A DNA stretch of 62,498 bases, filler included, from Choristocarpus tenellus KU-1152 (taxonomy: Eukaryota; Protista; Phaeophyceae): NCBI GenBank assembly GCA_964200185.2. It is 13 parts of 13 records of this genome, joined end to end, with 100 filler letters (N's around TTAATTAATTAA, not from the genome) between each part and the next. Parts side by side here need not be neighbours in the genome. Positions count along the whole stretch, not along the records: positions 12,233 to 15,718 come from CAXNAD020019699.1; positions 15,819 to 21,237 come from CAXNAD020010839.1; positions 21,338 to 26,574 come from CAXNAD020011395.1; 10 more parts are not named here. One strand, 5' to 3'. Position numbers and translations under genes: made by a program. The notes below the pieces were generated by a model. The model saw only the letters and a program-made list of their open reading frames with translations, was not told the origin of the DNA and did not search any database. Positions 12,285-24,791 of the stretch are shown here, in pieces (within the stretch, counting starts at the first letter, position 1; each line of letters begins with the position of its first letter).

Positions 12285-13624
12285 GGCGTGAGGCAGCAAA
12301 ACACTTTTCTTGGCATCGTCACACGGTTTTTGAATCCATCAACAAAGAAACGTATATATATATATATATTGGTGTCTATACTCTCCATCCTCTTTTATCG
12401 CCACGTGAGAACACGGAGATTGCTGTTTGAACGCATTCGGATTTGAAGAGAAAAAAACAACAGAACAAAAAAAAAAGGACAAAAAAAAAATCGATAAAAA
12501 GAGAGAGAGAGAGAGAGAAAAAAAAATTAAGTTCGTTCTGTTTCCTATATTGCACACTCCCTGCCCGAACTCTGACCACTGTGTTCATCTCGAGGAAGAA
12601 AGAAGTCAAAACACCGTTTTGTTTTCTCCTAGCTCCGGCGGTATGATCGTTTTGTTGTACTCAGGAGTGTGGGCGCCATCACTCGCATATGATCATCCCT
12701 TCCCATCACCAATACATTTACTTCCAGATTCACACAAGAAAGTTCCACACAAGAAACTAAAAACAAACAAACAAGAAAACAAGAAAACAACACCCCCTCC
12801 CGCTGATACCATTTCTTTCCCAGAGCATTTTTTTCTTTTGTCTGGATGAGACAAACAAAAATAACAGCCCTTGGAGGAGGCATCCCATAATAATCTGGAT
12901 TGGACAGGCCATCGAATTCAAATTAACCTTGACCCTCTCTTCCCAATTCCTTAGCATGTGTTCAACATTCAACCGTTCCCAAGTGACACAAATCACATAA
13001 AAAAAAATCACAACAAACGTACACACACACACACACTCATAGCACATTGCTTACACTGTTTTTCTCACATTTTCCCAAAAACCAGAGGGAAAATGTGAGA
13101 CGTGCCGACAAGACATTCGAGGCTTGGTCGGCCACAGCCACTCTCCACTCCAGGGGAGCAGCAGCACATGAGTTGACACCAAAAAACACAAGAGTATACA
13201 AACAACTATCACCAACCCTTTGGGGGTTATGGCTTCCGTACGAGTACAGCACCCACAGCAAACATTCTCACATACAGATTACGGACACAAGAACAACACC
13301 CACAGCAAACATTCTCACAAACAGATTACAGACAACAGACACAAGGAGCATGTACACGCCCACACATGCCCATGGGATGGACATGGCAGTTTGCTTGCAG
13401 AGCAGAGTGTCTGGTTAAGGTGGAGGAGGTGGATTGAGGATGAGACAAGAGGTAAAGGCCACAAAATTTGCAGAAATTGAATCACCTGGCCACCTCTTCT
13501 GGCTCCATCCTCTGTTACCACTCCCCCTCCCCTTCCTCCGAGTTTCCTCTCTGGCGAACTGTCAGTGGTGCTGCCGCTTTCCATCGCTTTCCGGGTTGTC
13601 TCCGCCTGATCTTGGTCCTCTTTG

Positions 13625-14611
13625 TCAGCCACCCCCCCTTACACGGCGAACCGGTCGCCGAGCCCCCGACTGCAGCTCCCCCGTGGAACCTAGGGAACCC
13701 AAGGAGAATGCTCCCTGTGGACTCACAAATGAAGTTTTCCCTAGTACATCCTCCAGCCTGAAGGCGACGTGGGACGGAGGGGGTAAAAGGGGGTTGGTTT
13801 CGAAATGGGAAGGCGTGGGCTTCTCCAAAGGAGAGGCCTCATCCAGTTTCGGACCATCGTTCCCGAAGCTGACCTTGGCTGCGACGGCAGTGGGGGATAC
13901 CGAGGCGCCACCAGCTTCAGAGGAGGGATGGGGATCCGATTTTTTAGCAAATATGGGTACTTGGGTGCGAGCATATTCCTTGACGAAGTCCTGGAAGGGC
14001 AGCTCGTTAATTGGAGTAGGCGATTCGGTGTCAGGCGGACTGAAACACTCCTCGGACATAACGACCGGAACGTTCACCTTTGTCCAAGTTCCTTTTCCAT
14101 CAGTTAAAGCGGAAGCCTTGAGGGGTCGGTCAGCGTTCTCAGAGGTTTTGCTTACGCTCCTTGATGACGAAGGAGCCATATCAGAGGTCGGGGTGTTGTC
14201 GAAAGCTGGGTTCTCCGTACTGCTGTACTTCTTGACACTTCGGGCATACAACTTCCTGGCAGGTGGGGAGGTAGTTGAAGCTGACCAAGGTATGCCCTCA
14301 GGGTGTTTCTCCGGGCTCAACGCACCACACTGAGAACACAATTTGCACGGGGGGTTGAACTTCCGGTGGGAAGGAAGACTGCGGGGAGCAGGCGGTGGAG
14401 GCAGGGGATCGGCCTTCAGATTTGACCATGTGAATCCTCGTGGTCGCCGCATGCCCTCTATGCTGAGGGAAGAGCGCGTCCGAGCCCCACTGTTCGATTG
14501 GAAGGTGGTCTTGTGAACTGGAGATACCAAACAAACTTTACCCACAAGAATATATCGCAACTCCTGTTGGTGACTCTGGAGGCAACCTCCCGGAGGGCAC
14601 ACCTCCGCCAC
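13625..14611 (-). CDS. Unknown Pro/Ser-rich ORF (possibly decayed TE ORF or orphan exon)
   Basis: 328-codon open frame with low complexity and a CKLCSQC motif. Broken upstream frames extend to ~15350. No recognisable domain. Confidence 0.25.
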   Translation of the reverse strand: MAEVCPPGGCLQSHQQELRYILVGKVCLVSPVHKTTFQSNSGARTRSSLSIEGMRRPRGFTWSNLKADPLPPPPAPRSLPSHRKFNPPCKLCSQCGALSPEKHPEGIPWSASTTSPPARKLYARSVKKYSSTENPAFDNTPTSDMAPSSSRSVSKTSENADRPLKASALTDGKGTWTKVNVPVVMSEECFSPPDTESPTPINELPFQDFVKEYARTQVPIFAKKSDPHPSSEAGGASVSPTAVAAKVSFGNDGPKLDEASPLEKPTPSHFETNPLLPPPSHVAFRLEDVLGKTSFVSPQGAFSLGSLGSTGELQSGARRPVRRVRGGG

Positions 14612-16638
14612 AAAGGGCAGGGCCAGTCCCTTGCCTGGTGTCTTTTAAATTTTGCCAGTTAATGCTATGGGGTTCTTATGCTTCGGGTTGTGTGTCCCAA
14701 TTCTTGCACATACTCCCCAGAAACTGATGAAGGGAGAGTGGATGTTTTACTAAGACAACCTATCATTGGAGTTTTGGGGAAATCCGTTTCAGAACAAGAG
14801 AAGTGAAGTGCGTTGTTTCTCCACCGCTACAGAGCGATTTACTATCGCACAGAGCACCCCATCACTACAATTTCTGGTAGCCCTAACCCTGACAGAGGTA
14901 ATCACGCCTCCGTCTCCTTATAAATCTCCATGTCCTCCTCTTGTGGACCGTAGCATCCACCCTGCCTGTAGTTCTGGAACGACGTTTGTGCGTGTTGTGC
15001 AGCTTGCATCTACTCGGTCGTAAGCTTAAGGATAACATGGCGTCGGAAGATGGGGATTTCTCGACCCCCATCGTGCACGTCAATGGCGAGGGGTGGGGGC
15101 CGGACTCAAGGTAAGGAGTCTCAAGGCCAGACAAATGTTCAATATCTCGATAGCGGCAGGGAGATGCAGCTCCCAGAACTGGTGGTTTGGTAAACTTATC
15201 GCAAGTTTTTTTTAAATCCACTGCTCCCTGAACAACCTGTAAATATGCATGGTCGATGCTCCTTCTCGATTGCACGTTGTCGAGGTATATGTAGGGACCA
15301 GGCTAATTCAGCACCCCATGAAAAGTGCGTTGACCTAGTACATCTAAATGTACTCGGGTAGTTTCTTCCCCCAACTACCGTTAGTTGGTTGAAAGAAGCT
15401 TTAGAAGTCTCATGTACAAGATTATGATATGTTCATACGGCAAGTGTGGCGAGGAGTTAGCATGGGTCGACCAATGCACATCCTTCCCACTTGCTCCTTC
15501 ATCTCCCCCCGAGTCTTTACTTGCACCTTTCGCTGCTACTTTCAGTCCGTTGGTACTCTCATTAGCACCAATATCCTTACTTCACCGTACACCATACCTC
15601 CCTGTCTACCAACTCACTTCCCTTGTAGTCCAAGTCCCATCCATATCTCTCACCCCCCCCCATCTGCCACCCATCACTCTTCACCATTCACATCCTTATC
15701 TTTTCCTGATCATGTTCANNNNNNNNNNNNNNNNNNNNNNNNNNNNNNNNNNNNNNNNNNNNTTAATTAATTAANNNNNNNNNNNNNNNNNNNNNNNNNN
15801 NNNNNNNNNNNNNNNNNNCCCCCCCAGATACTTTGACCCAGGACTCCAACCGTGGACCAGGACGTACCGTGAGGTCAAATGAAAACCTCAACTGTAACTG
15901 CCTCGTACATATTTTCTTGAACGCATTCATACATTTTAGCAAAACCGAACCGTACCGTTTTGAAAATCCCTCTCCAACGGATTCTAACCTTCACAAAAAA
16001 AAATCAGGTAACGGTCATTGTGGTCGTGTCAACATATCTGATGGTTTCATGTAATCTTACATACGATTGGACAAGCCTTTAAGGTACGAAACCGACCGGA
16101 CATTGGAAGTGTGACTACTGTGTGGTATTTTGAGTTGGCGTCAAAATGCTGCTCAAGTTTGTAATATATTCCAAAGGGGTGTGTATATATGGTGCGATGT
16201 AATGCCCTGAAGAGTACATGCTGGTGAAACAGCATCCATTACAGACACGCACGCAACTACCAAGTTGATCTTGTCCTTCATTATCCCCAGAATACAAAGT
16301 CCAACCAAGCCCTGAAAACAACAATCTCAACCTCATCTCATGACCAAGCATCCACCCCTGGAAGAGTAGCATTGCAAGAACGCTTGCACCATGCGCCTAG
16401 TGCGTATGACCTCGTGACTACTGTCATCAAAACACGAACCCTGTGACACATTTGGTGCATCCACTCATAAGCTTATAAACATCCAGAAAAAAAAAGTCAT
16501 CATGGCACACACCATACTACATCCACTAAGACATCCATCCCCAGAATCCACCGCCTTCAAAGGCACCGTGCCCTTTCATCCCTAACCTGTCCACAGTGTA
16601 TCACCAACATAGTCCTGTAACAAATCCTCGTTGCACAG

Positions 16639-17210
16639 GAGGAGCCTTTGCTTCACGCGTTGGGGTATCCCTCACGAGAAATGCAGGCCCTGGGCAACAC
16701 AACCTCCTAGTTAGCAATGTACGCGAATATGAGGACCTAGCTGTTCAACTCACGACAACCACTACAGGGGGAAGGGCCCTGCAGGTGTTGCGGTGCACAC
16801 TGGGGATTGCCTTCAGTGCACTTGCTTGCGACAGCAGAGATGCAGGACAAGGGGGAAGTGAAGGGGGGGGCAAAGGGACTGGGGACTGGGGGAGGGATGA
16901 ATTGGGGTTGGGACCAGAGGTTAAGGCGAAAGAACGCAAAGGAGTTGAAGCTGCAGTTAAGGCGAAAGAGGTGGGAAGATTGGGGTCAAGATCGAGTGGT
17001 GGGATGGGGAGTGGGGTTGGTGGTGAAACTTGGCGAGGGCAAAGGGGAAAGAGAGGTGAGATCCCCTTGTTTAACACTGAGGCATTTACTGCCAACTTCA
17101 ACAGAGCCTTCATGCTCATGTGGGATGTGTACATGGCTGGAGACGGGGGTGGGACTGGAGGCTGGTTTGCTGGACAAGCGGCGAACATTCTTGTCACTGA
17201 TTGCAAATAA
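16639..17210 (+). CDS. Terminal exon of a GT41 glycosyltransferase (O-GlcNAc transferase / SPINDLY family), C-terminal catalytic part
   Basis: Acceptor ttgcacag at 16638. Motifs GAFASRVGVSL...LLVSNVREYEDLAVQL and PLFNTEAFTANFNRAFMLMWDVY match the GT41 C-terminus (FASRV.ASLL...EEYE..AV.L...PLFD...F...LE.AY..MW). Stop TAA at 17208-17210. Confidence 0.85.
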
Positions 17211-18510
17211 TTAGGGGCAGGGGAAAGTCCTTGCCACCCTTGAGATGACGAACAACAAGGGTGTAACAACATGTTGGAAAAAACGCATGGGGAACTACTG
17301 CAAGTACAATTTACACATAACTATCATGTGCATGCACCAGCTATGATGTTCTTCAGGTTCTTTTCCGCATCCTCTTATTATTACTAATCTCTAGAGCAAA
17401 AACAAGTAAGAGCGCTGTTAATAGTCTTGCAGAAACAAAGGAAGACATAAAGAGATTTAAGACCAATTGTAATACATCTTATGCCAGAATTTACTACGAC
17501 CAAACGATCAAGTGCAAGTCGAAACAAAACATGCCTGAATCTATCTCAATGACACTGCGTACCTCCATGCAGTAAGTCTTTTGAGACCTATTCATAAAAT
17601 GTGCCCATGCTACCTAAAATAAAATGCAGAGACAAAGACAAGAGCACAACAAAACCTGTAAACATTTTGCCACAGCTAATCCGTGTTGTATATATACTAC
17701 CTACAACAAAGATCTTATGATTCAGCTGTTATTCTCATAATTGCCAATAAAAAATAACACTTTGCAGCTGCTTTCTAGACTACAACTCTCAAAGGTTGTT
17801 AAAATACTAAAAAAAGGGAAGAAATACGAGATTCTGTCAAGACCCTTCTGACCCACTGGTCTGTTGAGATCAGCGGACTAAAAGAATTCAGTCAAAGGCC
17901 TTCAGTTAATGAATCACTCTCTCAAAATCTTGATCAATGAGAGCATTTGTCTGCACTCCTTGGAATCTCTTCTAGTTTGCCCCTCAATTCCCACTCCTGC
18001 ATCATACAGTCGATCCTGCAATCTAACCATACCAATCATGCAAGGTTGCGCTGCCAAGGTCTAAGGCTGCAGTTGCTTGGTGGTTGACATCTAATGCCAG
18101 TCAAATAGCAGTCCTAAATTTAGCTCGGAATTCTAAGTTAGAGAAACGCGAGCAGAATGTCTAAAGTTCAATTCAACACATCCTTTCATTTCTCATCCTC
18201 ACAACTGAAGGCGATCCCACCAAACCACTAAAGCGAAGATCACTTCCCATAATCTATATCTGATCCTTCTCACATTAAATCACCTGAACCTTCATTTAGA
18301 GAGTTTCAGATACAATTGATTGCAATTCTGTTAAACCATTTACTTAGGCTTGGTGCTCTACCGCTCCGTTGTCTTAGTGTCAACGCCATGAGAGCAAATA
18401 ACCATGCTTCCATCCATCCTATCGCCAACGACAGCATTTATGCTGTAGAAGACATGAGTTGGTCGGCACTGTCGAGCTGGTTCGTTTGTAAAAGAAGTCA
18501 CGAACTTGAT

Positions 18511-18768
18511 TTAGTGAAACTTCTCGGCACAAGGCTTGACGGTAATGCGATAGAAAGAGTAGCCCAGCACTCCGACAGCAGTTACCAGAAAGACCACAGA
18601 GAGTACAAGTACAACCGGGCTGTCATCATAGTGAAGGGTTTCGAAGACGTCTTCTCCGTCCATCTTCTTAATGGAAGTGGAGATGAAGGTGTTTGTGTTA
18701 TCTTTGAGGCAGATTCGGCACGTGGCAATTTCTGATTTGTAGTTGCGGCGAAACTGGTTCCCTCTCAT
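18511..18768 (-). CDS. Possible small single-pass membrane protein or pseudogene, head-to-head with the CRAL-TRIO gene
   Basis: Contains the clean TM helix PVVLVLSVVFLVTAVGVLGYSFY followed by basic residues. The frame stays open ~50 codons past the TAA. Confidence 0.3.
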   Translation of the reverse strand: MRGNQFRRNYKSEIATCRICLKDNTNTFISTSIKKMDGEDVFETLHYDDSPVVLVLSVVFLVTAVGVLGYSFYRITVKPCAEKFH

Positions 18769-19087
18769 CCAATGGGTATAGGGAATGACCAAACAAGACA
18801 ACACCTTATAAATTAATAATGCTATTTTTCAAAATGTTTGGACAACATAGACATTGCCTTCAGTGACCTTCTCATCTGCGACTTGAAGAAACCCAAGGGC
18901 GAGGGGGGGGTGGGAGAGGTACGAAACTGGGGTAATACATGTTGTGATTTAGTTCTTCCCCATTTTCTGACGGTCTTCTTGGTGCGGTCTTCCTGGGTTG
19001 TGCGAGGGAAAACAACGAACCTCCTATTTGTGAACGTACTCCTTGTCACGGTACTGTTGTGGTGTGTCCTTAATCAACCCTGAGGAA

Positions 19088-21056
19088 ATGTGCCAAGGGG
19101 GCACAGCTCTTCAAGGGACTGCAGCCAAGCCAGACGATAAGCCCAATGGATCTCATGCTGTAGAGAAGCTCCCTTCTGGTCGACGTTCGAAGAAGGTTTT
19201 GATTTGCTTGAGTTTGTGTCTGGGGTTTTGCCTACACGTCTTTGTGAAGGGGGCCGTTTGGTGGAGTGCACGTGACAATACTTGTGGGAGGAACAATGTC
19301 CAACAGCAAGAGGCCGAAGATTTTCCGGTGGGTCCTTCATGAGGCAGGGGAGAGGGGGGTCTACACTTCCCGTACTTCACTCTTCACTATGATCCTCACT
19401 TACACGGTTCTTCTGTGCTTGCTATTGACTCCGTCGCATTGGTACTGACCTTCGAAATTGATGCGTTCTGGGGACAATGGTGAAGTTCTGTGCTTAGCCC
19501 GCTCCTTTCTACTATTCTTTGTACAATATGCTTCGCCTGAGCTCTACTCCACCACGATTACAGTCTGCTACAACGTTCCATTGCTGTACCATCACCAACC
19601 CCTTGCTAGGAAGGGGACATGGTGAAGCACGACCGACGTGTAACGTTACGTGACCGTGTGGCTAACCTTTTCCGAAAAAATGGAAGAGAGAGGCGTGATT
19701 CCAAGGGAGCCGATGCCCAAGAACGTCTGGGTGAGGAGTCGGGAAAGGGTCGATTTGCATTTGGTCACAAGAAGAGGAAAGTCGGGACAGTGGAGGATAT
19801 CCGTGGGGAGTTGCTGGTGAAGCTCAGGGAAGAGCTAGATGCTTATCCAAGTAATCTGAAGCAACGGGCCAAGGCATCTGGTCACGAGTTGACTGACCCG
19901 ACCCTCCTCAGGTATCTACAGTGCACTTGGGAGGCGGGATGCACGGACATACCTAATATTACTCATTTCTTTGCATGAATCCGCCACACAACACACAGGC
20001 GCGCGGTTCTTGCTTTAACTGATAAGGACTTCATTGGTGCTGCTACAAAGCAATCAATAGGATAACTATTCGTGCCATCTACATGCATACTGTTGTAGGA
20101 CCTACATTCGATTGTAGAAAATGATGACCCCCCCACAATACAATTTTGAACGAATTTTTGACCAACGATCCCCCTCTCGGTAACCGACCCCACTCTGGTC
20201 CATGAGATGATGAAATCTACGCCAATAAGAAACTGGGTGGATAAGGTGGGGTTCAATGGGAATGTACTTCAATATCCCATGGTGAAAGCGGGCTGAGACG
20301 TTGGCATCTCACCCACCCAATCTTTTTAGTCATCACACTCAAGGTTTAGGGGCAGGCATGTCATCCTCTGTCCCTGGTTGCTGTTCAGTTTTTAAGGAGT
20401 TACGTAAGGGAGGTCGGCACATCACAGTTCTTGTCCTTTATTTTTCATGGGGGGTAGGCATGTACGTTTTTATTATCCTGCTAGAAGTACGTGCTACCCC
20501 CAACCTAACCCTAACCCTTGTACAGTATACTGGTGATGGCATCAAAAATTTTCATCATCCAAGTGATAAAACCCGACCCAAAGGGGACCCACTCCTCAAG
20601 TCATCCTAACCTCGTATCCCCATGATGTGCCATACAGACACCTCCCCCAAACATTCCCGACTACTTGAAATAGGGAAAGCGCTTTTTAAAACAAACTGCA
20701 CCATTCTAGTCACAACAGCAATAACATTTGTCAAGCGTGTCTAATCACCAATTGCCGTTTCATTTACCAAGCGGTTGCAAATTTTTTGAACCCCAAAAAA
20801 CATAGCAAATCGCACGCGAGCTCAGTAACACCTTCTCACTCGAGACACTATACAGAGGGGAAAAGAAAAAAAAAGAAGGTAAAAAAAAAAAACACAATTT
20901 TCCTGCGCGCTGCACAACTATACTGTTTTGGGGGTTAGATTTTTGGAGATGGCGTACTGGACGCTTGATGCAGGGGGGAGGCCACTCATAGATGCGATCA
21001 ATCAGACGATAAGTTGGAGAGAGAGCTTCGGGGCAAAGGATATCACGCCAGAGCAG
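19088..21056 (+). CDS. CRAL-TRIO/Sec14-like lipid-binding protein, 5' part (exons 19088-19327, 19610-19911, 20939-21056; truncated by contig end)
   Basis: GT-AG introns have consistent phases (0, 2). The spliced product contains LVKLREEL...ELTDPTLLR|FLEMAYWTLD...AINQTISWRESFGAKDI, a CRAL_TRIO_N signature (D..LLRFL.A..W.......L.WR..FG..DI). N-terminal hydrophobic segment VLICLSLCLGFCLHVFVKGAVWW. Confidence 0.8.
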
Positions 21057-21337
21057 GTGAGCTATATAAATATATATGTATGTGTGTGTGTGTGTATGGT
21101 ACAGACAATGGGTCTAGTTTAAAGGTGCCTGGGAGATTCGATACGGGTCTTTTGCCAGGGTGTTGGATTTTACTTGGTGCGTTGCTCAAGCCCCGGTGGA
21201 GCTCTTGTGAAGTTGCTAGTGACGATGTGTTCGGGGGNNNNNNNNNNNNNNNNNNNNNNNNNNNNNNNNNNNNNNNNNNNNTTAATTAATTAANNNNNNN
21301 NNNNNNNNNNNNNNNNNNNNNNNNNNNNNNNNNNNNN

Positions 21338-21440
21338 ATTCAGTCTTCACAAGGGCATCCTTGTAGGATATGGTGCGATCAGTGCGCTCCCACCTCCAGC
21401 AGTCAATGCGGTGTAACAGAAGACTATGATGAAACCTCAC
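21338..21440 (-). mobile_element. Short RTE-like LINE reverse-transcriptase C-terminal fragment
   Basis: Minus strand reads RFHHSLLLHRIDCWRWERTDRTISYKDALVKTE, resembling the post-RT 'HH..L.R..GW......ISY...L..T' segment of RTE-clade LINEs. Confidence 0.5.
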
Positions 21441-24414
21441 TCTGCCACGATGGGCCTGGCCTTACCTTTGTGTTATCAACTCCATTCTATTATACCATCA
21501 GTAGGAAAGAATAATAAATAATTATAAAATATTTCACCAGTGTCTGTGCGCATTTCGCGAGCTCACGGTGACCGCTCCATTATTGTGGTGAACAAAGATC
21601 ACGATGTTTAGAAGTGATCTAAGACCACAATTCCTCTACAACCAACCAGCCTAGACGATGATGTTGGCACACATCACGAGATTGAAGGAGCTGGACAACA
21701 GTGAGGTAAGAAATGGACATCTGCGTTGGTATAATTTTACGTGACAGTGTCCTGGGTGACCCATCCTACTCTAAACATTTGAAATTGTGATTTGTTGTAG
21801 AAAACTGTAGTCATATACAACATGATAAAATGTCCAAGTGAAGTGAGGGCTGACCTCTTCGAGACCTCTTGTTGTTCCTATGACAAGTGGTCTAAACTAT
21901 GATCACTGCTGTATACCCTTCAAACAATTATGAGGCGTGGAGTTCATTGGTTGCTTTATTACAAAGTTGCTCTTTCTTGAACAATCGAGGAAAGATTAGC
22001 CGGTAGTGCTTATTACAAGTGTCTTCATAACCTAATTGTCTACGTCGCTAGACCTTTTTCACAGAGGACAAAAGTATCGATCTGTCTCTAACAAATACTG
22101 ACTTGCAGAAGCTTTGATATCAGCTAGTCGTCCAAATATTGATACCATTCTGTTTCCAACCATTAGTGTGGTGAGGTGTATGCTTCGCGAATCTGAGCGG
22201 TGTGTCTGTATGTAGATTGCCATGGCTTTCATAGAGGTAGTTATTGAGGAACCCCACGGCCGTGCAGTGGTCTTCGTTCCAGTAGTGGGATAATAATCAA
22301 CGTTCGGAAATTGCTATCGGACTTCCCAATCTTTGGCACATCTTTGCCTTTCCACTCTATCGGTCGTTAAACCTGGGCATTAAGGCATCCTGCTCCTCGT
22401 ACAGAAATACCTAGTCCACAGTCAAGCCCCATCTTCCTATGGGTTGGCTTGATGGACCCTGCTTGCACACCCACATTCATTGACGCCAAAACCTTACGTC
22501 CACCATGACCTAATTTGACCAAAGAAACCTAAGCGGTACACTAATTCCAAACTACAATCACTTCCTGGGCTTTGTCAGTCCAATATTGAATCACGAATTT
22601 ATCCCGACGTGAGACTCCCTTTCGCACGTAGTTGACGCCCTCTTGCCATCTTCCAACAGTCAACTGCAGGGAAGGATAAGAATGAGGCAGCGCTCTCCAG
22701 GGCTTTGTATGGGTTGTTAGAGGAGGCATCCACGAATCCGCTGACTTGGACAGAGAGGGAGGACCTACATGCATGGCTACGAAGGAATAGGGATGCGGTG
22801 GTTACGGCAGAGCAAAAAGAACTGTTTAGGTGAGAGGATCAGAGCAGGTTAAATACCCACATATTGAATGATGTGCAGACTTCCAAGTGGATGGGGATGA
22901 TGTAACTAGAGGGCAAGAAAGGTATGGGGGATATTTTGGTAGAGTTCACTGAGAAGTGAGGTAAAGTGTGATCACTTTTTTGTTGGTTTGTCTGGTCTGA
23001 TTCATGATTGCTGGTGAGAAGCTATAGGCGACTTACGAGTCAACTTAGAGCTCAACATCAGCAACTAGCCTATCTACTACAAGGCATCCCTGATGTTTTT
23101 GGATACTCACTTTGACAACGGACTGATCACTGCCCCAAACCAAGTGATCTTTGCTATCAAGCACTATCGTAGTATTTACCTACAAATGTGACCGATTTGA
23201 GATATTGGGTAGTTTGTTTTTGTGTAGGTCTGAGTGTATGTACACCTTGTAGGATGCTCAAGTTGGTCAATACAATGACCACACATTTCCCACATAAATG
23301 AATGTTTAGGATACTTCCTCCACTGTAATACTAAGAGTTGCCCACTTAATGCCCAACACACACCATACTTGTGATGCATGCATATGATACATATATATAT
23401 GATGGGATATGCTGTTCCGTGAGTGCAAGTTGCTTTGAATGTACCTCCGTGTTGGACTTGTGTATTGAATGAAATGGCTTACAGTTGAATGCGATTTTGG
23501 TTTCCTTTTGCTGGTTTTAGTGAAGAGCTCAAGCAAATCCAGATATGCGTCTTTTGCTGTGATGCTTTGATCTTCCCAACCGTACGTAAAGATTTTCAAA
23601 CTTCGCAAGAGTGATGCTCCTGTAGCACTGCGTGGGTTATATCGTTCCTGTTTCTGTCGTTTTTTGGCTCTTTGCAACGGAGGCCTCAACCATTAGCCCC
23701 CCCCCAAAAAACATTAGGAAAATCTGCAAAAAGCGTTGTTTGATAGAAGTGGACTTGTGATTTTTGTTGTTGTTGGGGTCTCTATGATAGTAGTATTCTC
23801 GATAGATGGGAGACTGGGAGTGGGCACGTTCTTGATGGGTAATAGTTGGGAGCAGTTGTCTGCGCGAAGAGCCTGTGTGCACTGTGTCTGCTTGTTCATT
23901 TTTGTCTTATGAGAGATATGCACACTTGGCAATGTATGCTGTTCTTTATCGCTGTGTGAAACACCTGATTTTCGCGTTTTATACACACAATTGAGGCCCC
24001 CAAAAACAGAAGGTGCGACTGCAGAAGAGAGGCTGACAAAAAGGTTCCTCATTGATCGATAGCTCTTTTTTAAAGGTGCATCAAAGAAGAGTTTAAAAAA
24101 AACAAACATTTCTGGACATCCTTATAATGCATTTTTTTTATGATGTAACTGTCCATACCTTTCGGTTAGCATTACATTATCTGTATCGTTTTCGTTTCCA
24201 CTTTTTTTTCTTTTTTCACACACGAGACCTCCTCTTTAAGAGTAATTCCGCTGCCCACCATCACAACTGTGTATTGCACAAACTTCATGAACGCCCTGCC
24301 CCCCACCCCCCTGCCGCTGCCCCCCTCCCTCAACCCAAACTTGCGTTCCTCTCATTTTCTTTTGGGAATGCGGCAGCCTCCTTGAGAAACGCCTTCAGTT
24401 TTCATTTTTGTCAG

Positions 24415-24791
24415 GCATATCATGGATGACACTTGGGGGGGGGGAGACGGTCAGTGGCACTGGAGGAGGGGGACCAAGCAAGAACCTTGTAGGGCTGCTG
24501 GAGCCCCCCGGAGGATTAGGACCCGCAGGTCCGAGAGGGTTGATGCTCAGGAGTTACGGTTCTGGGAAGCTACTTGGGAGAGGATCAGCAGATGATGGAG
24601 GGTACACCTCGGTGGACACGGATGAGGAGGCAGTTGGGTTGGGCGGGACTTGGGGAGGAGGGGGGATGAGCAAGAAAGGTGGGGAGGGGAGGGGAAGAAG
24701 TGGTCTCTGTGAGAGGTACACTCAATTTTTCGTTGCCCCGGTGCCATCATTGCAAGTAACTCTGATGATGGAGAAGTCCCCTGGCTCATGA
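24415..24791 (+). CDS. Probable terminal exon of an unknown Gly-rich protein
   Basis: Pyrimidine tract plus tcag acceptor at 24414, then a G-rich open frame ending in TGA. Confidence 0.4.

Noticed and set aside
13434-14333. 299-aa plus-strand ORF, and similar antisense ORFs at 16745-17272, 26873-27331 and 43688-44122
   Set aside because: Shadow frames of GC-rich coding or TE sequence on the opposite strand.
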